From NCBI GenBank assembly GCA_031284025.1, contig JAITAR010000109.1, forward strand, positions 1-36,489: a stretch of 36,489 bases of DNA. The letters run 5' to 3'. This DNA is from Rickettsiales bacterium. GTDB lineage: Bacteria > Pseudomonadota > Alphaproteobacteria > Rickettsiales > UBA1997. A program made the position numbers and the translations under genes. Shown here in pieces: positions 10,060 through 18,693 of this stretch (position 1 is the first letter of the stretch; every line of letters starts with the position of its first letter). The notes under the pieces are model-generated. The model was not told the DNA's origin. It saw nothing but the letters and a program-made list of their open reading frames with translations, and did not search any database.

Positions 10060-11720
10060 TCGACTCTGGCAACGCTGAGTCCATCTTCGATGCGCCTAAG
10101 AACCTTATCTCTTCCCATTATATTCATTTGGCTATACAGATCTGGACCTTGTTCTCTACCCGTCAGTAAAATTCTAATAATTCTTGTAACGTCTGAAATG
10201 CTACCGCTAAATTTTTCGGGTTGCTCTTTAAAATCTCTGTTGTTATCCGCATAGTTACACTCTCTCGCTATAATTTTCATTTTTTCAAACCACTCTTCTT
10301 TAGAATCTTTATCATTGTAAATCTCCAAAAATAGCTGGCCTATTTTAGCTACGTCATCTTTATCTGTGTTGTCCAGGCTACTTTTTACAGTCTTCCCATC
10401 CAACTCAAAAAAATATATAATTTCATTTCTGACTTCACTCCATTTCGCTATGTCCTTTCTAGTTTTACCATTTGTGTCTCGTTCGATGCTGAATATTTTC
10501 ACTGCCAACTCTCTGTTGCTGGTAATTGTTCCCAACAGATCCGGATCATATTTTCTAGCCCAGACTGTGGTATTTTCATAGATTTCTTCCGCTGACATTT
10601 TACCTATAACATTTTTGCTAACACTGTCTAGTTTTACAAAATCGAAAAGAGCTCCACTAACGTTCATTTTTTTTATGTCAAAGGGAAATTTACTATGATG
10701 TACCTCTGGATTTTGTTTTCGCCAGTTTTCAAAGTTAGAATTTGCAACATTTATCAGATACTCTTTAACACTGTCCCTTGGGTAGCCAGCTCTATCGAAA
10801 TACTCCACATCGGCTTCGGGATCTTTTCTTTTACTAAGTTTTCTTCTGATGTTGCCGTCCATTTTCATCAGTGGAGATATGTGAGCATAGCGTGGAGCCT
10901 TCCATTTCATAGCTTGGAATAGCTGTATGTGTATGGGTAGCGAAGGCAGCCATTCGTCACCTCTCACCACAAGATTTGTGCCCATTAGAAAATCGTCAAC
11001 GATGTGGGCAAAATGATATGTCGGTAGAAAATTTTTTTTCAGTATGACTATATCTAAATCATTCTCCGGAAATTCCACATTACCTCGTAAAATATCATTG
11101 ACAACAATTTTTCTGTTGAAATTACCCGGGGATTTGAACCTAACCACGTACTCCTCTCCTTTTTCAATTTTTCTAATGGATTCTTCAGCGGGATAATTTC
11201 TGTAGCTAGCCCAACTGCCGTAGTAGCCAAGTCTCCTACAGCCATTATTTTTCTGTCTATTTGCTATTTCTTCCAATTCCTCTTCGCTGCAAAAACATGG
11301 GTAGGCTAACCCTCTTTCAACTAGGCTCTTTGCAAAAACTTTGTATATTAGCTTTCTTTTACTCTGCACATAGGGTCCATATACTCCAAAGTCGACAGCA
11401 TTCCCAGGGCCCTCATCATACCTAATGGCAAAATAGTCAAGAGTGCTGATTATTTTATCAACGGCTCCTGCCACTTCCCTTTTTTCATCGGTGTCCTCAA
11501 TTCTCAGAAAAAATATACCATCCGAACTATGGGCGACTCTTTCGCTGACCATTGCTGAATATAAATTTCCAATGTGCATGAAACCGGTAGGGCTTGGAGC
11601 GAATCTTGTTATTTTTTTGCTACCATTGAGATCTCTCGCTTGATATCTGTTAAAAATGTCCTCCACCGCCAGCACGTCTTCGGTAAAAATTTTCTTTGCC
11701 AATTCCTCATTTGGTTCCAT
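10056..11720 (-). CDS. gltX: Glutamyl-tRNA synthetase (long form, 554 aa)
   Basis: Class I motifs: RFAPSPTGFMHIGN (HIGH region), LRIEDTD, PTYHFAHIVDD, VVRGDEW, KLSKRK (KMSKS). Its stop overlaps the convergent deaminase stop by 4 nt. Confidence 0.92.
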   Translation of the reverse strand: MEPNEELAKKIFTEDVLAVEDIFNRYQARDLNGSKKITRFAPSPTGFMHIGNLYSAMVSERVAHSSDGIFFLRIEDTDEKREVAGAVDKIISTLDYFAIRYDEGPGNAVDFGVYGPYVQSKRKLIYKVFAKSLVERGLAYPCFCSEEELEEIANRQKNNGCRRLGYYGSWASYRNYPAEESIRKIEKGEEYVVRFKSPGNFNRKIVVNDILRGNVEFPENDLDIVILKKNFLPTYHFAHIVDDFLMGTNLVVRGDEWLPSLPIHIQLFQAMKWKAPRYAHISPLMKMDGNIRRKLSKRKDPEADVEYFDRAGYPRDSVKEYLINVANSNFENWRKQNPEVHHSKFPFDIKKMNVSGALFDFVKLDSVSKNVIGKMSAEEIYENTTVWARKYDPDLLGTITSNRELAVKIFSIERDTNGKTRKDIAKWSEVRNEIIYFFELDGKTVKSSLDNTDKDDVAKIGQLFLEIYNDKDSKEEWFEKMKIIARECNYADNNRDFKEQPEKFSGSISDVTRIIRILLTGREQGPDLYSQMNIMGRDKVLRRIEDGLSVARVD

Positions 11721-11767
11721 ATTTTATACTCCGCTCAGAAGGTTGAGGTTGATCTACAATTATACAT

Positions 11768-14665
11768 TTACACACTTCTGTTTAGCCCGTTCCAGAGATA
11801 TTCCGCAGTGAAAGGAGCAAGAGAGGCTATGGCCCTGATCATTGTCACCAGGACAGTGTACAGCACATTGTAAGCGTTTTTTCTATCTAGGATGTTCTTT
11901 GATTTCCAAAAACGATTCCTATTTCTTCTTATGTACCAATTGTTGAGAATTTCAAAGAATTCTTCGGACTCTCGGCAGGCACTGCCAAAATCATAGCTGT
12001 CCATGGCAGCCTCTATCTTTTCGACTGCCTTCTTTAGCTTTGATAGAATATATATGTCCATGCCATTATCTATAAAATTACTACCAAAAGAGTAATTTCT
12101 TTTTTTCAGCTCTTCAATCGAGGCCGACATTTTTACATGTTTTATGCCAACTTCCTCAAATTCTTCACCAATACTTCTAAAGCCCATGCTTTCGTAGAAA
12201 ACTCTCAGCTGAGCTTGAGCATCGAATTCTATTTTCTCTATGCCATCCATTGAAAACGAATCTACTATGAAAAATTTAATGAGCTGTTTAGCAACATATC
12301 TGCCTCTAAATTTTTTGAGAATAGAAAATCTCTGGGGCTTCAGGCAATTGTTTTCCAAACGAACTCTGAGGGTAGCGATGGGCTCATTCTTTTGATATAC
12401 CACGTAGTGCAGCGTGCTGGGATCAAAATCATAGCTATCGGCTTCCTCCTTCGCACTAATGTTTTGTTCTTCCACAAAAACAACTCTTCTGACACTTTTT
12501 GCATTGTCAATTATTTTTTTGTTTCTACCTTTTCTGAGGACGAAAATATCATCGTTCTGCAATATATCTTCGCCTTTTAGGCCACTGCCATTGGCATAGA
12601 GACAGAAAAAATTATAGGAGTTCATTATGGGCTTCAGAGCTAATCTCATGGTTTCTCTGATATCTCTTCCATCTTTGCTGATTCTGAATTCCTCTCCCAC
12701 TAAAGCTGGAGACTTAAGCATGAGCCATCTGACAGAGTCACTTCCGTAGCTATCGAAGGCTTCGTAGGGATCAACATAATTTCTCAGTCTTTTTGATAGT
12801 TTTTTTCCATTTTCGTCGATTATGGTGCCGAAAGATATGCAATTTTTAAATGGATTTACATCAAATAGAGCTGTGGATAGAACCAGTAGAGTGTAGAACC
12901 AACCTCTCACCTGTCCGTCCCCTTCGGCTATGAAGTCAGCAGGGAAATTCTTTTCAAAATAATCTCTATTCTCGAATGGATAGTGCAGCTGTGCGTAGGG
13001 CATTGCTCCGCTCTCAAACCAGCAGTCCAAAACTTCAGGAACTCTCACCATCATAGATTTGCCACTAGGATCGTCGGGATTTTTCCTTGTTAAACTATCT
13101 ATAAATGGTCTATGTAGATTTTTTGGGCGTATGCCAAAATCCCTCTCTATTTCATCCAATGAGCCATAGACATCAATCCGTGGATATTTTGGACTATCAC
13201 TTTTCCAAACGGGAATTGGACAGCCCCAAAACCTGTTTCTGCTTATAGACCATTCTCTTGCCCCCTCCAGCCACTTCCCAAATCTTCCATTCTTCAGATG
13301 GGCTGGGATCCAATTTATACCTTTATTGTTCCTGATGATTTTCTCTTTGATTTTAGGCACATCGACAAACCAGGAGGACATAGCTCGATATATCAGCGGC
13401 GTATCTGTCCGCCAGCAGTGGGGATAGTTATGTAGATACTGTTCCGTTTTAAACCAACCGCCTTCTTGTTTCAATTTAATTATTATCTGCTCGTTCGTAT
13501 CAAATACCTGTTGGCCCTCATAGTCATACACTATGCCTGTGAAACATCCGGCATCATCGATGGGGCATACAACGGGTATTCCAGCATTTTTACAGGCTAT
13601 TTGATCATCTTCTCCAAATCCCGGAGCCATGTGAACAATACAAGTTCCGTCTTCGGTAGTGACAAAATCACCCTGAAGTACGGTAAAACAATTTTTTGAA
13701 TTCTTGACTTCAGCTATAGCTGTCATGTAACTAAACAGAGGTGTGTATTTCAGGCCAAGCAGATCAGTTCCCTTGAGAATTTTAATTAGATTCATTCTGC
13801 CATCTTTATCTACTAGTTCCTTCTCATATCTATTCAGTGTGCTCTCTCCAATTAGGTAGTAACCATCATCACGGTGAACAAGCGCATAGTTAACCCGACT
13901 GTTAACCGCGATGGCTAGATTAGACGGAAGTGTCCAAGGTGTTGTGGTCCAAACTAGAAGATAAACACTATCCATGGCCAATTCTTCTATAAATCCGGGT
14001 AACTGTTCAAGTTTGAATCTGACCGTTATCGCTCTGTCGGCTCGCTCTCTGAAGGAGTTATCCATTCTAGTTTCCATATTGGATAGAGGAGTTTGGCATT
14101 TCCATGAGTAGGGCATAACTCTGTAGTCCTCATAGAGTAAATTTTTGTCGTAGAGCTGTTTGAATACCCAAAGCACCGATTCCATATAATTCAGATCCAT
14201 AGTTCTGTAACCATTGTCAAAATCTACCCATCTGCCAGATCTGGTTACATGTTTTTTCCAGTCGTTTACGTATCTAAGGACATCCTCACGGCAATAGCTA
14301 TTAAATTTTTCTATGCCATACTCTTCGATGGCTTTTCTGCCTCCTATGCCCAGGACATTTTCAGCACTTTGTTCTGCCGGAAGCCCGTGGCAATCCCATC
14401 CAAATCTTCTAAGAACTCTTTTCCCCTTCATCGTCTGGTATCTCGCCACCGTATCCTTAATGTATCCAGCTAGAAGGTGCCCATAGTGTGGTAGACCATT
14501 GGCAAAGGGCGGTCCATCGAAAAATACAAAATTATTGTCTAGATTTCTTTCTAGAGACAGTTCAAATATATGTCTCTCATTCCAAAAATTTATTACCCAC
14601 TCTTCCAATTCTTTGAAACTCAAACTATTATTTACTTCGGGGTAAAATTTCTTTGCATTGGTCAT
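11768..14665 (-). CDS. ileS: Isoleucyl-tRNA synthetase (type-2-like) with an embedded GNAT domain and no extended C-terminal domain
   Basis: PPFANGLPHYGH (HIGH), WDCHGLP, TTTPWTLPSN (editing CP1), WRTDTPLIYRA, WSISRNRFWGCPIP, KLSKRL (KMSKS), NNWYIRRNRNRFW. See the separate feature and findings for the insertion. Confidence 0.95.
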   Translation of the reverse strand: MTNAKKFYPEVNNSLSFKELEEWVINFWNERHIFELSLERNLDNNFVFFDGPPFANGLPHYGHLLAGYIKDTVARYQTMKGKRVLRRFGWDCHGLPAEQSAENVLGIGGRKAIEEYGIEKFNSYCREDVLRYVNDWKKHVTRSGRWVDFDNGYRTMDLNYMESVLWVFKQLYDKNLLYEDYRVMPYSWKCQTPLSNMETRMDNSFRERADRAITVRFKLEQLPGFIEELAMDSVYLLVWTTTPWTLPSNLAIAVNSRVNYALVHRDDGYYLIGESTLNRYEKELVDKDGRMNLIKILKGTDLLGLKYTPLFSYMTAIAEVKNSKNCFTVLQGDFVTTEDGTCIVHMAPGFGEDDQIACKNAGIPVVCPIDDAGCFTGIVYDYEGQQVFDTNEQIIIKLKQEGGWFKTEQYLHNYPHCWRTDTPLIYRAMSSWFVDVPKIKEKIIRNNKGINWIPAHLKNGRFGKWLEGAREWSISRNRFWGCPIPVWKSDSPKYPRIDVYGSLDEIERDFGIRPKNLHRPFIDSLTRKNPDDPSGKSMMVRVPEVLDCWFESGAMPYAQLHYPFENRDYFEKNFPADFIAEGDGQVRGWFYTLLVLSTALFDVNPFKNCISFGTIIDENGKKLSKRLRNYVDPYEAFDSYGSDSVRWLMLKSPALVGEEFRISKDGRDIRETMRLALKPIMNSYNFFCLYANGSGLKGEDILQNDDIFVLRKGRNKKIIDNAKSVRRVVFVEEQNISAKEEADSYDFDPSTLHYVVYQKNEPIATLRVRLENNCLKPQRFSILKKFRGRYVAKQLIKFFIVDSFSMDGIEKIEFDAQAQLRVFYESMGFRSIGEEFEEVGIKHVKMSASIEELKKRNYSFGSNFIDNGMDIYILSKLKKAVEKIEAAMDSYDFGSACRESEEFFEILNNWYIRRNRNRFWKSKNILDRKNAYNVLYTVLVTMIRAIASLAPFTAEYLWNGLNRSV
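12068..12589 (-). other. In-frame YjcF/ElaA-type GNAT acetyltransferase domain inserted in IleRS (residues ~693-866; core 12122..12520)
   Basis: The insert reads VRRVVFVEEQNISAKEEADSYDFDPSTLHYVVYQKNEPIATLRVRL..QRFSILKKFRGRYVAKQLI..EFDAQAQLRVFYESMGFRSIGEEFEEVGIKHVKM. This is colinear with the pattern I recall for B. subtilis YjcF (VREEVFVKEQNVPAEEE.D..E..S.H.VVYDGEKPVGAGR.R...LERICVLKSHR..GVG..I..NAQTQAVPFYKKHGYRV.S.KEFLDAGIPHLQM). Both junctions are in frame with no stops. Confidence 0.8.
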
Positions 14666-14703
14666 AACTTTAAAAATAGATAGTCATAAACACATCTCTG
14701 CTA

Positions 14704-14731
14704 ATTATGTTTATTGGTTTTGTTTAGTCAA
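14704..14731 (-). promoter_or_regulatory. Putative promoter for ileS (TTGACT-16 nt-CATAAT on the minus strand)
   Basis: The plus-strand agtcaa at 14726..14731 gives the -35, and attatg at 14704..14709 gives the -10. It lies about 40 nt upstream of the ileS ATG at 14665. Confidence 0.3.
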
Positions 14732-14879
14732 TTATCAAAATTACTAATGTGCAATGGACTGTTTCCAGCACAAACCTTGATTTGACAATACTTTAATCAG
14801 TTGTCCACCAGGGGTCTAATGTACTTCTCCACTTTTTGGAGAAAACTAATCTATTTTCTATAGGAGTAACAGGAAACGG

Positions 14880-15938
14880 TCAGACCACGCGCCAGCGACA
14901 TTGCAAACTGTAGTAGAATAATGTGAAAGCTACAACACAGCAGAGAAAACTTAAGAGCCACAGAAACATCACTATTCTTTTTTCGGACCAACCAATTTTT
15001 TCCAAATGATGGTGAAATGGTGCCATTTTTAACAGCCTTTTACCTCCTGTAACTTTAAAATATGTGACCTGCGCCGTTGTAGAAAGTATTTCTACCACAA
15101 AAAGCAGGGCCATTAGAGCGTATAGAATTTCTACCTTCAGTAGTATTGCTGTATAACAGAGGAGAACACCGATCATAAGGCTGCCTACATCCCCCATAAA
15201 TATTTTAGCTGGATGTTTGTTGTATATAAAAAATCCGCTAAATGCGGCTATTACTGAAATCATGACTATAATTATGTCATGCAACACTTTCTCGCTAGGA
15301 AGTACATTACTGTAGCTGCAGCCATTTGACATTAATATTGTTATAGCCATAAGTGTAGTGGATATCATAATTACAGGAATTGCCAGTAGGCCGTCTAGAC
15401 CATCTGTAAAATTTGCAGCATTCGACGAACCACACAGTATTAACACATAAAATGCTGGAGTTAACACTCCCAGGGGCACCTTTGCGTTGAACACTGGCAG
15501 TGTTATTCCCGTATCTAGATAGTTCGTGTCTCTATAGCAGAGATATATTATTCCGATAGCTGTCAAAAACAGCTGTAATATTAGCTTATAGCTACCTCTA
15601 AAGCCATTGGCACTGTTGCAGAATACCTTTATAATATCATCCACCAGACCTATAGTAGAAAATACCATTAGCAAAAATAAAGCCACTGCCATGTGAGGAG
15701 AATTTAGATCGCAGAATAGCAAAATATTAAGTGCTATGGCCATAGTCACGGCTACACCGGCCATCGTTGGCGTTTTTGCCTTTTTTTGGTGGGTTTCCGG
15801 TCCATCCATTCGGATTGGCTGGAATTTTCTATGTTTTTTCATCAGAAATACGAGCAACTCTATGCTAAAAAAACAGACCGCAAATGGCAAAGTAAAAAAC
15901 AGCAGAAGCTTTTTTATTTCCAAACCCTGGTAAAACAT
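14880..15938 (-). CDS. mraY: Phospho-N-acetylmuramoyl-pentapeptide transferase
   Basis: NAANFTDGLDGL, PAKIFMGDVGSL and MAPFHHHLE are present in a polytopic membrane protein. The motifs look intact. Confidence 0.95.
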   Translation of the reverse strand: MFYQGLEIKKLLLFFTLPFAVCFFSIELLVFLMKKHRKFQPIRMDGPETHQKKAKTPTMAGVAVTMAIALNILLFCDLNSPHMAVALFLLMVFSTIGLVDDIIKVFCNSANGFRGSYKLILQLFLTAIGIIYLCYRDTNYLDTGITLPVFNAKVPLGVLTPAFYVLILCGSSNAANFTDGLDGLLAIPVIMISTTLMAITILMSNGCSYSNVLPSEKVLHDIIIVMISVIAAFSGFFIYNKHPAKIFMGDVGSLMIGVLLCYTAILLKVEILYALMALLFVVEILSTTAQVTYFKVTGGKRLLKMAPFHHHLEKIGWSEKRIVMFLWLLSFLCCVVAFTLFYYSLQCRWRVV

Positions 15939-15944
15939 TTGCCT

Positions 15945-17093
15945 CTACTTCTCAAAGGATGATTTTTTGGGAAACAATTCGCCGAGGAATTTGCTGGCTT
16001 CGCGTCTATCGGTCTCCGAAGATTCTGAATCATCGCTAAAGCAAAATAGTGGAAACTTTTCCTGTCTCAGCCAACTCTTTTCCTTCTCAAATTTTTTAAA
16101 TTGCTCGGTATTTTTGGCATTAAAATATGTCAGCGATCTGTGTAGTGAATCCTGACATTTTGTCAGAAAATGGAATTTACGCAATAGTGGGCTATATTTA
16201 GGCCTAACGTATTTTATAGTTCCCCTCTTTTTCGCGTAGTCCACATATGATATGATAATTCTCTGCAGAGTGCTTTTTCTTCTAGAGGAATGACTGAAGG
16301 TGTAGTCGTATTCTTTTTTAAAGGTTAGCAGTGTGTCTTCCACATAGCTCTTTCTGTAGGCATCTATATTGTGATGGGGAAAAATGTCGGGGGCATTTTT
16401 GAATTTCTTCATCACTAGGTTTAGAGAATAGAATATCGTCTGATTATATATTTTATTGGTATTTTTAACATATTCTTCCAAATTTTTTTTCTTTTTGGAG
16501 AATCCAATAATTTTGAAACCTCTAATTACAGGGTTACTTTTTCTGTCGAAGAAAAACCACGGATTAACCTTCGAGCCAAAAAACATGTCATCATTCGCGT
16601 AGAGAAAATGTTCCGACAAACTAGGTATTTTGTGCAGATAGAACTCTACCGCCGAGAAACTAAACGGGGAAGAAGATTTATGTTTCTTTGGCATGATTTG
16701 ACTCTGGCTGACTACCGTTATTTTTCCGCTCTTAGTATTTAGCCACGATGGCACATGACTATTGGTAACTATGAATAGGTGGTTAATCCAGGGGGCATAT
16801 TTTTCAAGAGAACGTAGCGAAAATTTAAGTCTTTCGCTGCTATTGAACTTACTCCGTGAATTAGGCTTATTTTTTTTCGCTTCTTCAGCTTCAGTGGCAG
16901 CCGTCTGCCCCTTTTTTAGGGGAGCAAAATCGCCGTCGTCGGACCATAGATACACAATATCTACCTTAAGTTTTTTAACTTTCCATCTGCTGTAGATGAC
17001 AACTCCCTCTCGTAGAAGCAGCAGAATAATTGCAATACAATATCCTAACCTTAAAATATTCCTTTTCTTTTGCAGTGGGCGACTTTCTCCCAT
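15945..17093 (-). CDS. Stealth-family (CR1-CR3) hexose-1-phosphate transferase-like protein with an N-terminal membrane anchor
   Basis: CR1 is DIVYLWSDDGD, CR2 is ERLKFSLRSLEKYAPWINHLFIVTNSHVPSWLN, and CR3 is PFSFSAVEFYLHKIPSLSEHFLYANDDMFFG. Its stop is 6 nt from the mraY ATG. Confidence 0.85.
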   Translation of the reverse strand: MGESRPLQKKRNILRLGYCIAIILLLLREGVVIYSRWKVKKLKVDIVYLWSDDGDFAPLKKGQTAATEAEEAKKNKPNSRSKFNSSERLKFSLRSLEKYAPWINHLFIVTNSHVPSWLNTKSGKITVVSQSQIMPKKHKSSSPFSFSAVEFYLHKIPSLSEHFLYANDDMFFGSKVNPWFFFDRKSNPVIRGFKIIGFSKKKKNLEEYVKNTNKIYNQTIFYSLNLVMKKFKNAPDIFPHHNIDAYRKSYVEDTLLTFKKEYDYTFSHSSRRKSTLQRIIISYVDYAKKRGTIKYVRPKYSPLLRKFHFLTKCQDSLHRSLTYFNAKNTEQFKKFEKEKSWLRQEKFPLFCFSDDSESSETDRREASKFLGELFPKKSSFEK

Positions 17094-17373
17094 AGATTTT
17101 ACATTTAAAAATAGGTAATCAAATTAATATAAAAACAATTTATTTTATCAATAGCTTTTTCAATTTACTTTAACCTCTTTTTCTTTGCTTATCATTTCAC
17201 ATCTATTTCGTTGGGAAGCGAAGGGGAAAATGGCCATAGCACATTCACTACTCCGAAAAATAGAAATTTACAGATGAGAAAATAAAAAGAAGCTTGACTA
17301 GTTCACTGTTGGCAATAGGGTCATATTCTATGGCGTTGGGTGAAAATGTTTTGATAATTAAAGGGCAATAGAG

Positions 17374-18543
17374 TTGTTCTCCAGAGATAATCTGAAATTT
17401 TTCCAGAAAAGTTGGCTATCATTAGATAAAAAATTGTTTTTCCTGTTTGTGCTTCTACTGACCCTAGGTTGTCTGTTCAGTTTTAGTATGAGCATAGTGG
17501 TGGCAAATCTTATCAATCTTAGTAGATACTATTTTTTTAGACGTCATTTGATGTTTGTTGCCGTATCTTTAGTCATTGCGTTTTTTATGTCATTTATGGA
17601 TACCACTGTGGCGAAAAATAGTGCTCTGCTGCTGTTCTGCGTTAGTATGATTTTACTTGTTCTGGTGCAATTCATTGGCTTCCAGACCAAAGGGGCTCGA
17701 AGATGGCTATACATCGCCGGAATATCATTGCAGCCTTCGGAGTTTATAAAACCCTCGCTAATCATACTTAATGCCTATCTACTGGATAAATTTCTAAAGA
17801 CTAGAAATTTTGGCAATCTACTGGTTTCCACAGCTGCCTATGGAGGTGTCGCCCTGTTTATCCTGAAGCAGCCAGATATAGGCACTTTTTTGCTAATTAG
17901 CTTGGTTTTTTTTACACAAATATTTCTGATGGATTTTTTTAGACTAAAATATTGTTTATATGTGTTATTAGCGTCAGTTTGTCTATTGATATTGATATAT
18001 ACCAGCTCTTCCCATGTTTCGGAGAGAGTGGATAGTTTTTTAGCTGGTTTCGGCAACATAGAGAAGGCAAATTATCAAGTAAAAAGATCTCTAATGGCCT
18101 ATGAAAATGCAAACTGGCTTGGCAGAGGGTTTTTAGAGGGAGAAATTAAAAACCACATACCTGACGTTCACACGGACTTTTTGTTTCCCGCAATAGCCGA
18201 AGAATTTGGATTTTTGATAGCAGCTGTGATATTATTTGCATATTTCTACCTGTCTATGAGGGTTCTTTTAGCCGCTCGACAAAAAAATAGCAATTTTGAA
18301 TTTTTGGCTCTAAATGGGTTAGTATTGCTGGTGTATATACAGACATCCATAAACCTCTGTGTTTCTCTTAATTTGGCGCCTACCAAGGGTATCACATTGC
18401 CTCTACTGAGCTACGGTGGTTCATCTATGATAGGTACTGCTATAATTTTTGGCTATATTTTTGTTTTTCTCAAAAAGGATTTTGGTTTCTATACATCTAA
18501 GGCTAAAGTTATAGATATTAGAAACCTAGATGATGAGCAATAA
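17374..18543 (+). CDS. ftsW: SEDS-family peptidoglycan polymerase (FtsW/RodA family); I call it ftsW from its dcw-like context
   Basis: LQPSEFIKP, PDVHTDFLFPAIAEEFG and TKGITLPLLSYGGSSM. TTG start. I cannot separate FtsW from RodA by eye. Confidence 0.8.
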   Translation: MFSRDNLKFFQKSWLSLDKKLFFLFVLLLTLGCLFSFSMSIVVANLINLSRYYFFRRHLMFVAVSLVIAFFMSFMDTTVAKNSALLLFCVSMILLVLVQFIGFQTKGARRWLYIAGISLQPSEFIKPSLIILNAYLLDKFLKTRNFGNLLVSTAAYGGVALFILKQPDIGTFLLISLVFFTQIFLMDFFRLKYCLYVLLASVCLLILIYTSSSHVSERVDSFLAGFGNIEKANYQVKRSLMAYENANWLGRGFLEGEIKNHIPDVHTDFLFPAIAEEFGFLIAAVILFAYFYLSMRVLLAARQKNSNFEFLALNGLVLLVYIQTSINLCVSLNLAPTKGITLPLLSYGGSSMIGTAIIFGYIFVFLKKDFGFYTSKAKVIDIRNLDDEQ

Positions 18544-18693
18544 TTTTGGTATTTATATTAGCTAGATTAAGGATAGAAAAAATACTGGAAAGATAAATTT
18601 TTCCTATTATTTACTGGCATTATGTAAATATTGGTCGGTCGGAAAGCCAACCACAGGTTTGACTATGGCTGGCTTATAGGTGAATTGGATGAA

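Noticed and set aside
11574-11873. A 99-aa plus-strand ORF spanning the gltX/ileS junction
   Set aside because: It overlaps the 5' end of gltX and the 3' end of ileS on the opposite strand. It has no motifs and is a shadow frame.
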